Origin: Eledone cirrhosa
Taxonomy: Eukaryota
Assembly: GCA_964016885.1 (NCBI GenBank)
Contig: OZ024743.1
Location: 269,452,001 to 269,516,000, forward strand
Direction: 5' to 3'
DNA: 64,000 nt
The notes under the pieces are model-generated. The model did no database searches and was not told the origin of the DNA. It saw only the letters and a program-made list of their open reading frames with translations. Each line of letters begins with the position of its first letter. Within the stretch, counting starts at the first letter, position 1. The translations under genes and the position numbers were made by a program. Positions 13,016 through 26,960 of this stretch are shown piece after piece.

Positions 13016-15103
13016 ACTGCCACTCCAACTGCCAATCCAACTGCCACTCCAACTGCCACTCCAACTGCCACTCCAACTGCCACTCCAACTGCCACTCCAA
13101 CTGCCACTCCAACTGCCACTCCAACTGCCACTCCAACTGCCAATCCAACTGCCAATCCAACTGCCACTGTAACTGCCACTCCAACTGCCACTCCAACTGC
13201 CACTCCAACTGCCACTCCAACTGCCACTCCAACTGCCAATCCAACTGCCAATCCAACTGCCACTCCAACTGCCAATCCAACTGCCACTCCAACTGCCAAT
13301 CCAACTGCCACTCCAACTGCCACTCCAACTGCCACTCCAACTGCCACTCCAACTGCCAATCCAACTGCCAATCCAACTGCCACTCCAACTGCCACTTCAA
13401 CTGCCAATCCAACTGCCACTCCAACTGCCACTCCAACTGCCAATCCAACTGCCACTCCAACTGCCACTCCAACTGCCAATCCAACTGCCACTCCAACTGC
13501 CACTCCAACTGCCACTCCAACTGCCAATCCAACTGCCACTCCAACTGCCATTCCAACTGCCACTCCAACTGCCAATCCAACTGCCACTCCAACTGCCACT
13601 CCAACTGCCACTCCAACTGCCACTCCAACTGCCAATCCAACTGCCACTCCAACTGCCACTCCAACTGCCAATCCAACTGCCACTCCAACTGCCACTCCAA
13701 CTGCCACTCCAACTGCCAATCCAACTGCCACTCCAACTGCCACTCCAACTGCCACTCCAACTGCCAATCCAACTGCCACTCCGACTGCCACTCCAACTGC
13801 CAATCCAACTGCCACTCCAACTGCCAATCCAACTGCCACTCCAACTGCCAATCCAACTGCCACTCCAACTGCCAATCCAACTGCCACTCCAACTGCCAAT
13901 CCAACTGCCACTCCAACTGCCACTCCAACTGCCAATCCAACTGCCACTCCAACTGCCACTCCAACTGCCAATCCAACTGCCACTCCAACTGCCAATCCAA
14001 CTGCCACTCCAACTGCCACTCCAACTGCCACTCCAACTGCCACTCCAACTGCCACTCCAACTGCCACTCCAACTGCCAATCCAACTGCCACTCCAACTGC
14101 CAATCCAACTGCCACTCCAACTGCCACTCCAACTGCCACTCCAACTGCCAATCCAACTGCCACTCCAACTGCCACTCCAACTGCCAATCCAACTGCCACT
14201 CCAACTGCCAATCCAACTGCCAATCCAACTGCCAATCCAACTGCCACTCCAACTGCCACTCCAACTGCCACTCCAACTGCCACTCCAACTGCCACTCCAA
14301 CTGCCACTCCAACTGCCAATCCAACTGCCACTCCAACTGCCACTCCAACTGCCAATCCAACTGCCACTCCAACTGCCACTCCAACTGCCAATCCAACTGC
14401 CACTCCAACTGCCACTCCAACTGCCACTCCAACTGCCAATCCAACTGCCACTCCAACTGCCACTCCAACTGCCACTCCAACTGCCAATCCAACTGCCACT
14501 CCAACTGCCACTCCAACTGCCACTCCAACTGCCACTCCAACTGCCAATCCAACTGCCACTCCAACTGCCAATCCAACTGCCACTCCAACTGCCAATCCAA
14601 CTGCCAATCCAACTGCCACTCCAACTGCCACTCCAACTGCCAATCCAACTGCCAATCCAACTGCCAATCCAACTGCCACTCCAACTGCCACTCCAACTGC
14701 CACTCCAACTGCCACTCCAACTGCCACTCCAACTGCCAATCCAACTGCCACTCCAACTGCCAATCCAACTGCCACTCCAACTGCCACTCCAACTGCCACT
14801 CCAACTGCCAATCCAACTGCCACTCCAACTGCCACTCCAACTGCCAATCCAACTGCCACTCCAACTGCCACTCCAACTGCCACTCCAACTGCCAATCCAA
14901 CTGCCACTCCAACTGCCAATCCAACTGCCACTCCAACTGCCAATCCAACTGCCACTCCAACTGCCACTCCAACTGCCAATCCAACTGCCACTCCAACTGC
15001 CAATCCAACTGCCACTCCAACTGCCAATCCAACTGCCAATCCAACTGCCACTCCAACTGCCACTCCAACTGCCAATCCAACTGCCATTCCAACTGCCAAT
15101 CCA
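13004..15103. repeat. 12-bp minisatellite ACTGCCA(C/A)TCCA, about 175 units
   Basis: 2100 bp in unbroken 12-bp phase with two major interspersed variants. Confidence 0.97.
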
Positions 15104-15254
15104 TAATAATGAAGACAAGGAAGTCAATTCAAAAAAGTGCATTATATATATTTAAATAGTGTCTGATTAAACACAACAGTTTAGTCACGACAATGGTGGA
15201 GCATATATGGACAATGAAAGGGTATTAAACACACACACACACACACACACACAG

Positions 15255-15297
<43 letters not shown>

Positions 15298-15327
15298 GTT
15301 ATGTAATAAACAACATAAGACAATTAT

Positions 15328-15398
15328 TTCATTTACCAAAGGTTTCACGAAGACAGACGAGCCAGAGACATAAGTCTGAAATCGTTCGTCAGAACGAA
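15328..15398 (-). ncRNA. Type I hammerhead ribozyme
   Basis: ttcgtt-CTGACGA-acga..cagac..gtctg..tcgt-GAAA-CC TTT GG-TA-aatgaa, in a ~120-bp island between (TA)n tracts. Confidence 0.85.
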
Positions 15399-15418
15399 TA
15401 TTTATTTAAAACTGATGT

Positions 15419-15461
<43 letters not shown>

Positions 15462-15507
15462 GGAGAGAGAGGGTGGAGAAAGGGAGGAGAGAGGGAGGGA
15501 TATGTAG

Positions 15508-15680
15508 ATAATTGTTTCTACTTTTGGCACAAGGCAATCAAGTACTCAGTGTATTACTGGTACTTTATTTTATCGACCCGGTAAGGATGAAAAGTTAACC
15601 TCGGCGGGATTTGAACTCAAATCATAAAGGGACGTAACTCTATAAAGGGTCAACCCTCTACCGATACTGCCAATCCACCA
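15508..15680 (-). mobile_element. SINE family A
   Basis: Family A core and head in reverse orientation. Confidence 0.8.
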
Positions 15681-16001
15681 GATTGGAAGATATATAAATA
15701 GAGAGATAGATAAATGTATGTATAGGTAACTAGATAGATATGTTTCTTTATTAGCCACAGGGGCACACAAGAAGGGGACAAATTAGGTTGATAGGTATAT
15801 AATTAAATGGAAGGATAAAAAGCTAGATAGTGCTTTAATATGTCTCTATGCCTGACTATTTTTTTGTGCCTATCGGTATGCTTAGCTTGTTTTGGCTATG
15901 ACACTGTCAGGCATGTCTATATATGTATATATAAATATATGTATATATAAATATATGTATATATAAATATACATTTACATATATATACATATATACATAT
16001 C

Positions 16002-16058
16002 TGAGTTTTTGTCTGATGACACTGATAAACAGGCAAAACTCCAGAGTAACTAGACTCA
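16002..16058 (+). ncRNA. Decayed hammerhead (GAAA to AAAA)
   Basis: tgagt..gt-CTGATGA-..ctg..cag..-AAAA-CT CCAG AG-TA-ac..actca. Confidence 0.5.
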
Positions 16059-16141
16059 CTTTTTACCCCTAATAAAATGAATACATATATACATATATAT
16101 AATATATTTATATATATATGTACATATTTATTTAATATGCG

Positions 16142-16210
<69 letters not shown>

Positions 16211-16363
16211 GTGTATGTAAATACACATAACGAACATTTACGTTCATGCATGTATTTGAATTATATATAATTAAGATATGTATAAGGGTGGGGAGAAGAA
16301 ATAATCTTAGATGACTCATAGAGAGAAAAAGAGAGGAAGAATGATACAAAGCGAGCAAGTGAT

Positions 16364-16418
<55 letters not shown>

Positions 16419-17115
16419 AATAGTAAAATCGAAGTTTTGGCTGTGACCAAGCCAACGCTATACAATTAGGAATATACAGAAATATATATATATATATATC
16501 ACATATATATTTATATAAAGAGAAAGATAAACAATGAGAGAGAGAGAGAGAGAGTGATACGCACGCACACACACACACACACACACACACAGCAACCCCC
16601 CCCCCCATATATATATACACAATAGAATTAGAATTTAGTCGAGCATAGCTGTATTGGAATTTCGTATTTCTAAAGAAATACGCTATGTTTATAAATAAAC
16701 ATTTAGAAAGCAGTAGCTATGCAAAAACACCAATGGCTATCGCCACCTGGCGGTGTCCAGCAGAAGCAAGGGGGGACAATGACCGATGAATTTCGACTGC
16801 TGGACTTCAAAACAGGCGAGAATATATAGTTTTTTCGTCTGTGTAAATGAGGTGATTAATTCCATTCGCATATGAAGCTGTATAAGTTGTGTATAATAAA
16901 TATGAAATTTATAATGAAAGATAATGATAAAATATAGTAAAAATAATAAAAAAATTGAAACATGAAAATATAGCAATAATCAAAATATTAAATAAAATAA
17001 TTAGTTAAAAGTTGAGAAATACAGACAAAAGGAAAGAAAAAAATATAAAAACAAAAACAATAAAGAATGATATAAAGCTTATTTAATGAAGAAAGGAACG
17101 TGTAAAATTACATAA

Positions 17116-17152
<37 letters not shown>

Positions 17153-17220
17153 GATAGATAGATAGATAGATAGAGAGGGAGAGAAAGAGAGAAAGAGAGG
17201 GGGAGAATAAATATAACTTT

Positions 17221-17260
<40 letters not shown>

Positions 17261-17266
<6 letters not shown>

Positions 17267-17645
17267 TTCGAGTATATGTTGGTTGTATACCAACAGCTCA
17301 GTATGCAGAGTGGAGCACTCGACGAAGTGCGCAGGTTGGTTTGATTACTCCGGAGTAATGTAAAATAGCTAGATAAATTTTGAGCATATGTTGGTTGTAT
17401 ACCAACACCTCAGTATGCAGATTGGAGCACTCGACGAAGTTCCTCAGTCAAATAACAACCCAACCAGGAACTGGGCATATCAGAGTATTGACAGAATTAA
17501 ACACCTCAACAACATGTGTACTTGTCTCTACCACACTAATTCGGACTGCCTGAAGAGGTCACAGCCAAAGATGGCTGTCACCGAAATATATATAGCAGTA
17601 ATAAACGAAGCCGAATTTTAAACATTTGACTTATTTATTTTATTT
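17261..17645 (+). mobile_element. PLE-type terminal repeat with internal direct repeat and intact hammerhead (17545-17599)
   Basis: actgc-CTGAAGA-ggt cacagcc aaagat ggctgt c acc-GAAA-TATATA-TA-gcagt. A ~68-bp direct repeat lies at 17261 and 17373. (TA)n on both sides. Confidence 0.8.
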
Positions 17646-17718
<73 letters not shown>

Positions 17719-17974
17719 AATAGACAGTAGATACCTAGCTGGATAGATAGATAGATAGATAGTTTGAGAAATAGATAAGGAGAATTTGGGAATGAAAGTG
17801 GGAGTGGATAAATAAAAATTAAGCGAGAGTGCGGGGGGGGGGGGTTACTAAAAAAGATTGACACTTCCGGCTATGATTAACAAATAACAACCCACAAACC
17901 TCCATTGACTGACTGGTGGCTAATGTTAGAGTACATTGACCAGAAATTTGGCGACACACAGACAAATGGTTGGC

Positions 17975-18835
17975 TGGCTTGTTGTTTAGCCCTAGATCAT
18001 CCCTAAGGAAACAGTCATGAGATCAAATGCACTCTAGCCGTGGTTATTCAATGTAGGATTACATAGAACGTTTTGTAGGCGATTATGTTGCTATGTCGAG
18101 CAAATTAAATAACTACTTAATGGCTTCTCTGCTCAACGTAGTATAATGCTATTGTTGTTGTTGCTGTTACTCTTGTTATTTCACCCCCAGGCCAGCCCCG
18201 AGCAAGCTGATCTAAGATCAAAACATTCCGGTCGTGACCATCTCGCATTTTAAACGGTATGTGGTATTATATTATCTGGTGTCTTGTCTCGGTAAGAAGT
18301 GTTTTGAGAGAGATTTGTCTGCTATTTCAAGCAGATTGATTACCCCATAGTGGCCTCTCTATTGAGTGCATTATGTAGCTGTTGTTTAGCCCAAGGTCAA
18401 CCCTGAAGAAGCAGACCTAAGATCAACGGCATTCTAGCCGTGATCATCCCATTGTTTTAGCGACATATAGGTTTATTGTGTTTTGGGAGAGATTTGGTGC
18501 TATTTCTAGAAGGTTGAGTGGCCACTTAGTAATCCCTCTATTGAGTGTATTATGTTGTTGTTCTTCAGCTCCAGGTCAGCCTTGATCGAACCGATCGATG
18601 ATCATTGGCGTTCCAGTCATGACTATTCCATTTTCTCCCCAGAAAACCAAAGGCCACATTATCGCACAGGTCCTTTTGGCTGATATTTCTAGCTGTTTGA
18701 ACGACCATATAGTGGAGCCTTTGTTGGCTGAACTAAAGAAGGTATCGTTAGTGATGCTTATTATTGTTGTTTAGACGCATTTCAGCTCTGATCGAGCAAA
18801 CTTCTAGTCAAATTTATTCCAGCCGTGACCATACA
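17975..18835 (+). repeat. Diverged tandem array of ~190-bp units (about 5)
   Basis: ttgtttagcc..aggtca..ctga..gatcaa..attc(c/t)agccgtga recurs at about 17979, 18175, 18380, 18558 and 18764. Confidence 0.75.
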
Positions 18836-19028
18836 GACTTTCATATTTTCAGACTGCATTCTTTTTTCTTTTCATTTTTAAATGGTTCAGCCATTAGACT
18901 GCCGCCAAATTATCTAAAACTCAGAAAATTGAATAAAACTAACCATACAATGCTTTGAGGTAGATGAACCTCAGAGGGATACAGCCCAGAAGTAAAAGAG
19001 AAAATTAAAACAGAATAATGAGTCTAAA

Positions 19029-19142
<114 letters not shown>

Positions 19143-19159
19143 AGATACACCGCATGGTG

Positions 19160-19425
19160 AATTGACAGTCTTTTGAACGTCAGATAAAATAGTTCGCGGT
19201 ACTCATTTTGGTTCTCTGCACTCTTCGTCCCAAACCCGCCTTATCAACTTTGCTTTTCATCATTTTGCAGTCAATAAACAATGCACAAGTCTAGTACTGT
19301 TATCGATTCCTCTTCTATATCTCATTTTCACACCCTCTCTTTCACTAGCTCGCATTCTCTGAAAGAAAACAGCTGTACTCACATATGTAGAGGAATGGGC
19401 TCCAAACAGGTTTTAAATGCCCAAC
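19160..19425 (+). mobile_element. SINE family A variant with alternative tail
   Basis: Degenerate family A core followed by ttcctcttctatatctc..ctgaaagaaa..gggctcc..ggttttaaatg. The same arrangement occurs at 42090-42325 (+) and 54997-55245 (-). Confidence 0.55.
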
Positions 19426-21164
19426 ACAGCTCGTATATCAACACGGTGCTCCTACTACACAGCCAGGAATTAAGGACTCATGCAAGTACTTACCATGTAC
19501 AAAAAAGAAGGAGCTATATAAAGATCGAGACCTACTATAAAGTAGTAGTAGTGACACTCCGTTAGTTACGTCGGCAAGTATTCCTGTTTATACGATCAAC
19601 ACAATAGCCTGCTTGTGAAATTAACGTGCAAGTGGCTGAGCATTCCACAAACACGCGTACCTTTAACGTAGTTCTCAGGGGTATTCAGAATGACACAGAA
19701 TATGACATGGCTGGCCCTTCGAATGACTGGTACAACTAACTCATTTTTACCAACTAAGTATTCTAAAGCAATGTGAAATAAATATAAAGTGACAAACAAA
19801 GAAAAGCAAATATTTATTTACACAATATTTATATATACAATACGCTATACAAAGATTGCATTGACTGATCTTAAACCTCTTTCGAACATTGTTTCTATCG
19901 ATAGTGAAGTTATGTGGCCTAGTGGTTGGGCGTTTGACCTAGTAGTTAGGGCGTTGAACTCACGATCATAAGGTTGTGGGTTCGAGCGTTCTGCGGCGCA
20001 TTTTGTTCTCGAGCAAAATAATTTATGTCACGTTGTTACTTCTATCAGGTGTTGCGATAGGGAGGTAGTATCAGCAACGAAACACATCCAAAGGAAATAC
20101 TGTTCCCTTAATCCAATCTGACGATCAGCCTTGTTTTTTTTTCCCCTGTGATGGAGTCTAAGGATATCATTGTTTTGTATGGAAAATTTCAGTTGAGGCC
20201 AGAATATTATAACTTTTTTATATCAATGAAGCAAATTTTCTTAATAGATACATACATACGTATATATAAACATGCATACACCTATGTATAGCATACATTT
20301 ATACATACACAATTATCCAAAATGTTGACATCGGCACGAGTACTGCAAATAAATTGTAAGATGGAATAGACCTCTGTTGGTTAAGACGATGAGCGTTCCA
20401 GTTGTTCAATCAACGGATCATCTTGCTCGTGAAACTAACATGGATGTGACTGTGCATTCCACAGACTTGTATACGTCCAAAGTAGCCCCAATGCTGAATC
20501 TGAGCAACACAGTGGTAAATGACACTTGCGCAAGATGCCATGCAATGAGACTGAACCTAGGACCTTATCAAAGCAAAGAGAACTTCTAAACCATTCGACC
20601 ATGTCTGGCTTCAGAAAATGTTAGATACATTTCTGTTTTAAGATGCAAAGCTTCGAGTGCCATAATTTTGAAGGCATGTGTAATATTGTGTAGTCGTTCC
20701 AGTCGTGATGCTAACAATTTTATAAGACTACAATTTTTTCCATACGCTGACGTATGTATGTATATGTGTGTGCGTGGGTGTATGTGGAAAATGGACCACA
20801 GAAGAAGAAAACAATTTGTTTATAATATTTTTATATTTTCCACTGATTGTCTACTATTTCTTACATTAGACGTAAAGAGAGAGGAGTAGTATGAGGTAGT
20901 CATAACAACAGTGGCAGCAGCACCATTTTTTTGTTGTAAAGAGAGAGGAGTAATATGAGTAGTAGTTTTTTTCATTATCCCCTTTCTTCCTGCCACACAT
21001 ACATACGTTCATGCAGGCAGCGACGTAAAGGGAGAGGAGTAGTATGAGGTAGTCAAACTACACCTCTCTCTTTACATGTTGTGACAGAATCTCAGAAATT
21101 TATATATAGATACATGTTTATCAATTTTCAGCGTGCATTTAAAAACTCAGTGAATTGATGTGAA

Positions 21165-21810
21165 GATACGTGGCTTACTTTTTAGAGCAGCGGTTCCCAA
21201 CCTTTTATAATAAATTCCACCTTAATGATATAGCAAAACAGTATGGCCCCCCAAAAAAAATTAAAATTTTTGATATAATTTTTTTATGGAGAAATAATTT
21301 TGGCATGTCTTTTTATTTGTGAAGTAAAATCATAATTAGAAAAGGTAGAAAGTTGATAAAAAGTTGAATATAACAATTTGAAGCAAGAAAAATAAGAAAT
21401 TATGTTAGGAAACTACTCTTCTTTTTTATGTATAAAATTTTGTGATTTTTAGTTAATTCCCGTGGCTCCCCTATACTTGCTATGGCCCACTGGTGGGCCA
21501 TGGCCCCCTGGTTGGGAACCAATGTTTTAGAGTGTTTGGCTCACGATCATAAGGTTGTGAGTTCGACTCCCTGCTGCGTTTGTGTCGTTGAGCACGACAA
21601 TATATTTCCCATTGCACAATTACATTCAACTGGAAAATATGTGTTGTATCCGTCATTCTTATCAAACACTATGTCATGTTGGATCTCATTGAAAGCTACT
21701 TTAAAGGTACACGTGTCTATGGAATTCTCAGTCATTTGCACGTTAATATCATAAGTGGTCTATTCCGTTGATCGAACAATTGGATGACTCATCGTCGGAA
21801 CCGACGAAAG
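21165..21810 (+). mobile_element. SINE family B interrupted by a hAT MITE
   Basis: A-box-like TGGCTTACTTTTTAGAG is split by the MITE. B-box GTTCGACTCC near 21561, family B body downstream. Confidence 0.65.
21188..21524. mobile_element. Non-autonomous hAT MITE
   Basis: TIRs CAGCGGTTCCCAACC / GGTTGGGAACCAATG, exact 8-bp TSD TTTTAGAG (21180-21187, 21525-21532), subterminal GGCCC motifs. Confidence 0.92.
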
Positions 21811-21977
21811 TCCAACACATTGAGTTGATGGTAAAGGGAAAACGCAAACGAAAACATTAATGTTAATACTTTTCCCACGATCATCTCTTAAGTATGAATA
21901 TTTCCTTTGGCAAAATACATGCCGTTTATCAGCTGACAACGATATCCTTGAGAGATTTCCAGTGTCATGCTTTTCTC

Positions 21978-22021
<44 letters not shown>

Positions 22022-22256
22022 TCGTCTTTCTTTCGTTCTTTCTTTCCTTTCATCATTCATTCATTTATTCATTCATTCTTTCTTTCTTTCTTACTTTACA
22101 TAGTATACAAGTATGGTATACAGAGATGTATGTATCTATATTTTTTATGATTGTATCAATTCCAGTACATATTTTATCCACCATTTTTTTGTCAAACCTC
22201 TACGTTACTTAACATAAACGCAGGCATGGACAGAGACACGGCACACGCGCACATTC

Positions 22257-22312
<56 letters not shown>

Positions 22313-22402
22313 TATATATTATATATATGTATATTATATATTATATATTATATATAAGTATATTATATATATGTATATTATATATATATATATATACATG
22401 AA

Positions 22403-22475
<73 letters not shown>

Positions 22476-22530
22476 TATATATATATATATAATATATATA
22501 ATATATATATATACATATATATAATATATA

Positions 22531-22565
<35 letters not shown>

Positions 22566-22569
<4 letters not shown>

Positions 22570-23420
22570 ATAATAATAAATTTGAAGACTAAAATCCAAA
22601 GAGGGCTCGATAAGGATAAATATATATCAAATATATAAAAACCGTAGAGCAAATATTTATTAAAATAACAGATTAAAGTTTAAAGCAAAGTATTTAATAA
22701 AGTACCCTGTACGGGTAGAAACATATTTTAACATCAGAATGCATTATTCCATATATTCAGCTGGGCTTACCCCACTATATTCTTCCACACAGCTAGACTG
22801 ATCTTTGAGTAATTTTACAGAACTGCCGCTTATACCCAATCAATTCTTTAGATAACTGTTCATATAATTATACAGATTCCATCTAAAGTGACTTTACCTT
22901 TCTAGACCTTCCTTTAAGCCAAAACTGAACTTGCAACTTTATACTAACTAAATTTGTGTATAGTGTTTAATGACTTTACTAATAATTGATACTCATACTC
23001 ATACCTTAACACTGCATCCTTAAATTGAGTTGACAAACCATAATTAAATTTACTCCTTGTAACAATACATAAAATTTCTTACTATGCCGGTAGCGGTCAT
23101 TAGTTTGACAGGTAACTCTACATTGCACCGGTAATTACCTCCCTTAGAGCACAATGACTTTTCCTCCATTTTTCTATACGAATAATGCATTCTGATGTTA
23201 AAATATGTTTCTACCCGTACAGGGTACTTTATTAAATACTTTGCCTTTATAATTGCCCCAGAAGAGCCCCATTTGGGCGAAACATATGTAAGAGTTTTAT
23301 ATAAATGTGATTTAACGGCTTGCCTCTCTTTCATTAATATTTTCGCTTATAACCGCTTTTGGCAAATAATACTCTGTATCGCATCTCTTTATACCTCCTC
23401 TTTCTATCCTCATTTACGAT
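22566..23420. mobile_element. Composite PLE remnant with 65-bp inverted repeat and CAGAAGA-core HHR-like motif (23255-23295, +)
   Basis: IR 22685-22749 / 23180-23244. The interior has very degenerate GIY-YIG-like residues on the minus strand (CSKGGN, YGLSTQFKD). Motif CAGAAGA-gccc cattt gggc-GAAAC ATAT GTA, with stem I not paired. Confidence 0.55.
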
Positions 23421-23501
23421 ACTGTAACTTTTTATTATACTCTTTTACCTGTTTCAGCCATCCGGCTGAGGCCATGCTGGGGCACCGCCCTTATATATAT
23501 A

Positions 23502-23579
<78 letters not shown>

Positions 23580-23689
23580 ATACTTGATATATATATACAT
23601 TTTCCTATTACCCACTCTATTACCCTAAATATTGAGTACTCTGGTGCGTTATGGTCCATCTGGTTCCACACACACACACACACTCCTTC

Positions 23690-23760
<71 letters not shown>

Positions 23761-23993
23761 TTGTATTTTCAGTTTTCGTTTGCAGTTTTCGAACAGGTTC
23801 CTCACAGTTCCTCCTCACACAAGACATTGCTTAATCCCATGCTATAGTAGAAGACACTTGCTAAGTTGCCGCATAGCGGAATTGAACTCAGAACAACATC
23901 GTTCTAGAGAGAAACCATAACCACACACTCACGTCTTCGCCTCTGCACACACACAGACACACTGACACACACAGACACACACAGACACACACA

Positions 23994-24062
<69 letters not shown>

Positions 24063-24065
<3 letters not shown>

Positions 24066-24603
24066 TCAGAAGGGAGATAGGCATAAAAGCCAAACTCGCT
24101 ATCTTCCATTCGGTTTTCGTGCCAACCCTTACCTATGGTCATACATTTTTGGTAATGACCGAAAGAATACGACCTCGAATACAAGCGGCCGAAACGAGAT
24201 TCCTTCGAAGGTTTTTTGGAGTAAGGTTACTCGATAAAGTGCGTAACTCGGAGATCAGAGAGTCACTCCAGTTAGAGCTGCTACTTCTCCGAATTGTGAG
24301 ATCACAGCTCTGATACTATGGGTATGTGGTTAGAATGTCCGAGGAAATAATCGCTGGAGAGATTTTTCGGAGAAAACCAACCGGATAAACCGACCGGTTG
24401 GATAAAATCCATGAACTTGGCTGGTATCGCTTGTGGATCCAACCGGACCAGTTAGAGAGAGTTGCTTCTGACAAGACCCGCTGGAAGGAGTGTTTCAGGA
24501 CTCTGCCCCCACGACACTCTCAGGAATAAGTGGGCGAAGAAGAAGAAGAAGAAGGAGAAGAAGAAGAAGAAGAAGAAGAAGAAGAAGAAGAAGAAGAAGA
24601 AGA
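24063..24603 (+). pseudogene. RTE-clade LINE 3' fragment with (GAA)n tail
   Basis: [53 protein letters not shown]. Confidence 0.85.
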
Positions 24604-25885
24604 ATGTATATATAAAAAAATGGGCGTGCACAACACATAGACAACGGCAAAAACGGCAAAACGAACAGCCCCTTTTCTTCAGTCAACCTGAGAGAGAGAG
24701 AGAGAATCTTAATCCACCGCTTAGTTTATCACCACGCGATGGTCATCAGCTGCGTTTAGCGGACTCAATTCTGTTGTTGAAAATATCGGGATCAGGTCTC
24801 GATATATTCCACTCTTCATAACATCTCTTTCGGAAACACCGAAAAACACGGATCGATCATGGACTCAGTTCTTCCTGTCTCCTACAACAAGGTCACACAT
24901 ACACACATACACACACACATACACACACGCCCGCACTTTTGTGTGAATGTGTACTTGTGATTGTGAATATATAATGTTGCGTAAGTTATGCTATAGAATA
25001 TAATTGAACTCAATAGAATATAGCAGAGGACCAACTTAATTTCTAGGTTTAAAATAAACGTTTACATCTAGTAAGACGATGTCCTTCATGATCACAGTAT
25101 AATGACGGAGACTAGGTAAAGAATAAAGATACAACTACACAATATAAACAAATCAAATATGTGTGTAGGGGAGTATTTATAGTTATATAGTGTATGTATG
25201 ATCCAATCGATATATCAGTCTACCTGTATGTCAGTCTAACGTCTGTGTAACTGCCCGTCTGTCCGTCTGTCTCTCTCAGTCTCTCGACGATTTTATCTGA
25301 ATAAATGTCTAGCTTTTTGGAGCCTCACATCGCTGTCAGAATATCTCTTTATACACAGACAGACCAACACACACACACACATATACATACATACACACAC
25401 ATACACACACATATACACACAGACACATGCAGACACACACAGACACACACACACAGACACACACACACACATACACTCACAGACACACACACACACACAC
25501 CTATACACAGATACACACACACACACATACATACACACAGACACACACAGACACACACAGACACACACACACAGACACACACACACACATACACTCACAG
25601 ACACACACACACACACATACATATACACAGATACACACACACACATACATACACACAGACACACACAGACACAGACACACACATACATACATACACATAG
25701 ACACACACTCACACACACACACACACGCATACATACATACACAGACACACACACACAGAGACACACACAGACACACACATACACAAACACACACACACAC
25801 ACTCTCTCTCTCTTTCGCCTATTTTATGTCTCTTTATCTATCTTTGTTTTCATCTCTCTCACCCATTACTCCCCTCACATATTAT

Positions 25886-26030
25886 TTGACGCATAGAGTT
25901 ACGGCCCTTATCATTCTGAGTTCAAATCCCGCCGAGGTTATCTTTGCCTTTCATCCTTACGCGGTCGATAAAATAAAGTACCAGTAATGCACTGGTGAGT
26001 TGCTGGCCTTGTGCCAAAAGTAGAAACAGT
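25886..26030 (+). mobile_element. SINE family A (5' truncated)
   Basis: B-box, core and tail match family A. Confidence 0.8.
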
Positions 26031-26139
26031 TATATAGATATTACATATATACACACACAGAGAAACATTCACACGTAAATGTACATACATCCCTCCCTCC
26101 ATTTTCATACAACACACATTTAGCGACACGCACAGAAAA

Positions 26140-26208
26140 GTATATGTATGTGTAGGTATATATAAGTGTATGTCTGGAATAACGTCTGTGGCTGTGTGTG
26201 TGTGTGCG

Positions 26209-26249
<41 letters not shown>

Positions 26250-26525
26250 CAATTAATGTGTATGTGTAGGTATATATAAGTCTATGTCTGGAATAACGTC
26301 TGTGGCTGTGTGTGTGTGTGCGTGTGTGCGTGTGTGTGTGTGTGTTTCAATTAATGTGTATGTGTAGGTATATATAAGTGTATGTCTAGAATAACGTCTG
26401 TGGCTGTGTGTGTGTATGCGTATATATATATATAGATAGATAGATGTGTGTGTGTGGGGTGGGTGTGTGTGCGTGCGTGTGTGTGTGTGTGTTTCAATTA
26501 ATGTGTATGTGTAGGTATATATATA
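26140..26525. repeat. Tandem ~100-120-bp units containing GT microsatellite (3-4 copies)
   Basis: tgtaggtatatataag..ggaataacgtctgtggctgtgtg..tttcaattaatgtg is repeated. Confidence 0.8.
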
Positions 26526-26557
26526 TATTTATACATATCTATCCTTCTATCTCTCTC

Positions 26558-26628
<71 letters not shown>

Positions 26629-26629
<1 letters not shown>

Positions 26630-26958
26630 AAAGAATAGAGGTGTAAAACACGAGTTGTGATATATTGGTAAAAGTAAAATAAAATGCTGACAAATTGTTC
26701 CCAGTGAAAAATAGTTTAATTAGGAATAAGTAAAAATTAGTAATAAGTATTGGTTAGTATTCAGTTTTGGTTTTAAGTTTTTACCGGTTGCGCATTTCTA
26801 ATGCTTTTCAAAAATAATTTTGAGATAGAGCGCACGTGATGTTTGTTCACCAAAATTGAATACTAACCAATACTATTACTAATTTTTACTTATTCCTAAT
26901 TAAACTATTTTTCACTGGGAAAAATTTGTCAGCATTTTCTTTTCCTTTTACCAATATA
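26629..26958. mobile_element. Fold-back PLE-derived element (110-bp arms) enclosing a decayed U3-A8 HHR (26778-26814, -)
   Basis: Arms 26661-26771 / 26849-26958. TTGAAAA-gcat tagaa atgc-GCAA-CCGG-TA. The tail gaggtgt..acacgagt is shared with 44105-44140. Confidence 0.7.
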
Positions 26959-26960
26959 TA

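Noticed and set aside
13004-15103. CRISPR-like array
   Set aside because: No unique spacers, no cas genes, eukaryotic context.
12967-15142. 580-710-aa ORFs (AVGV, WQLE, GSWS repeats)
   Set aside because: Stop-free frames of a 12-bp minisatellite that demonstrably derives from a SINE head.
20870-21078. let-7-like TGAGGTAGT in a short triplicated repeat
   Set aside because: The match is limited to 9 nt and the rest of the mature let-7 sequence is absent.
24715-24760. Hammerhead at minus-strand CTGATGA-cca..tgg-tGATA
   Set aside because: GAAA, stem III and stem I are not satisfied. Similar failures at 3296-3410 and 28295-28345.
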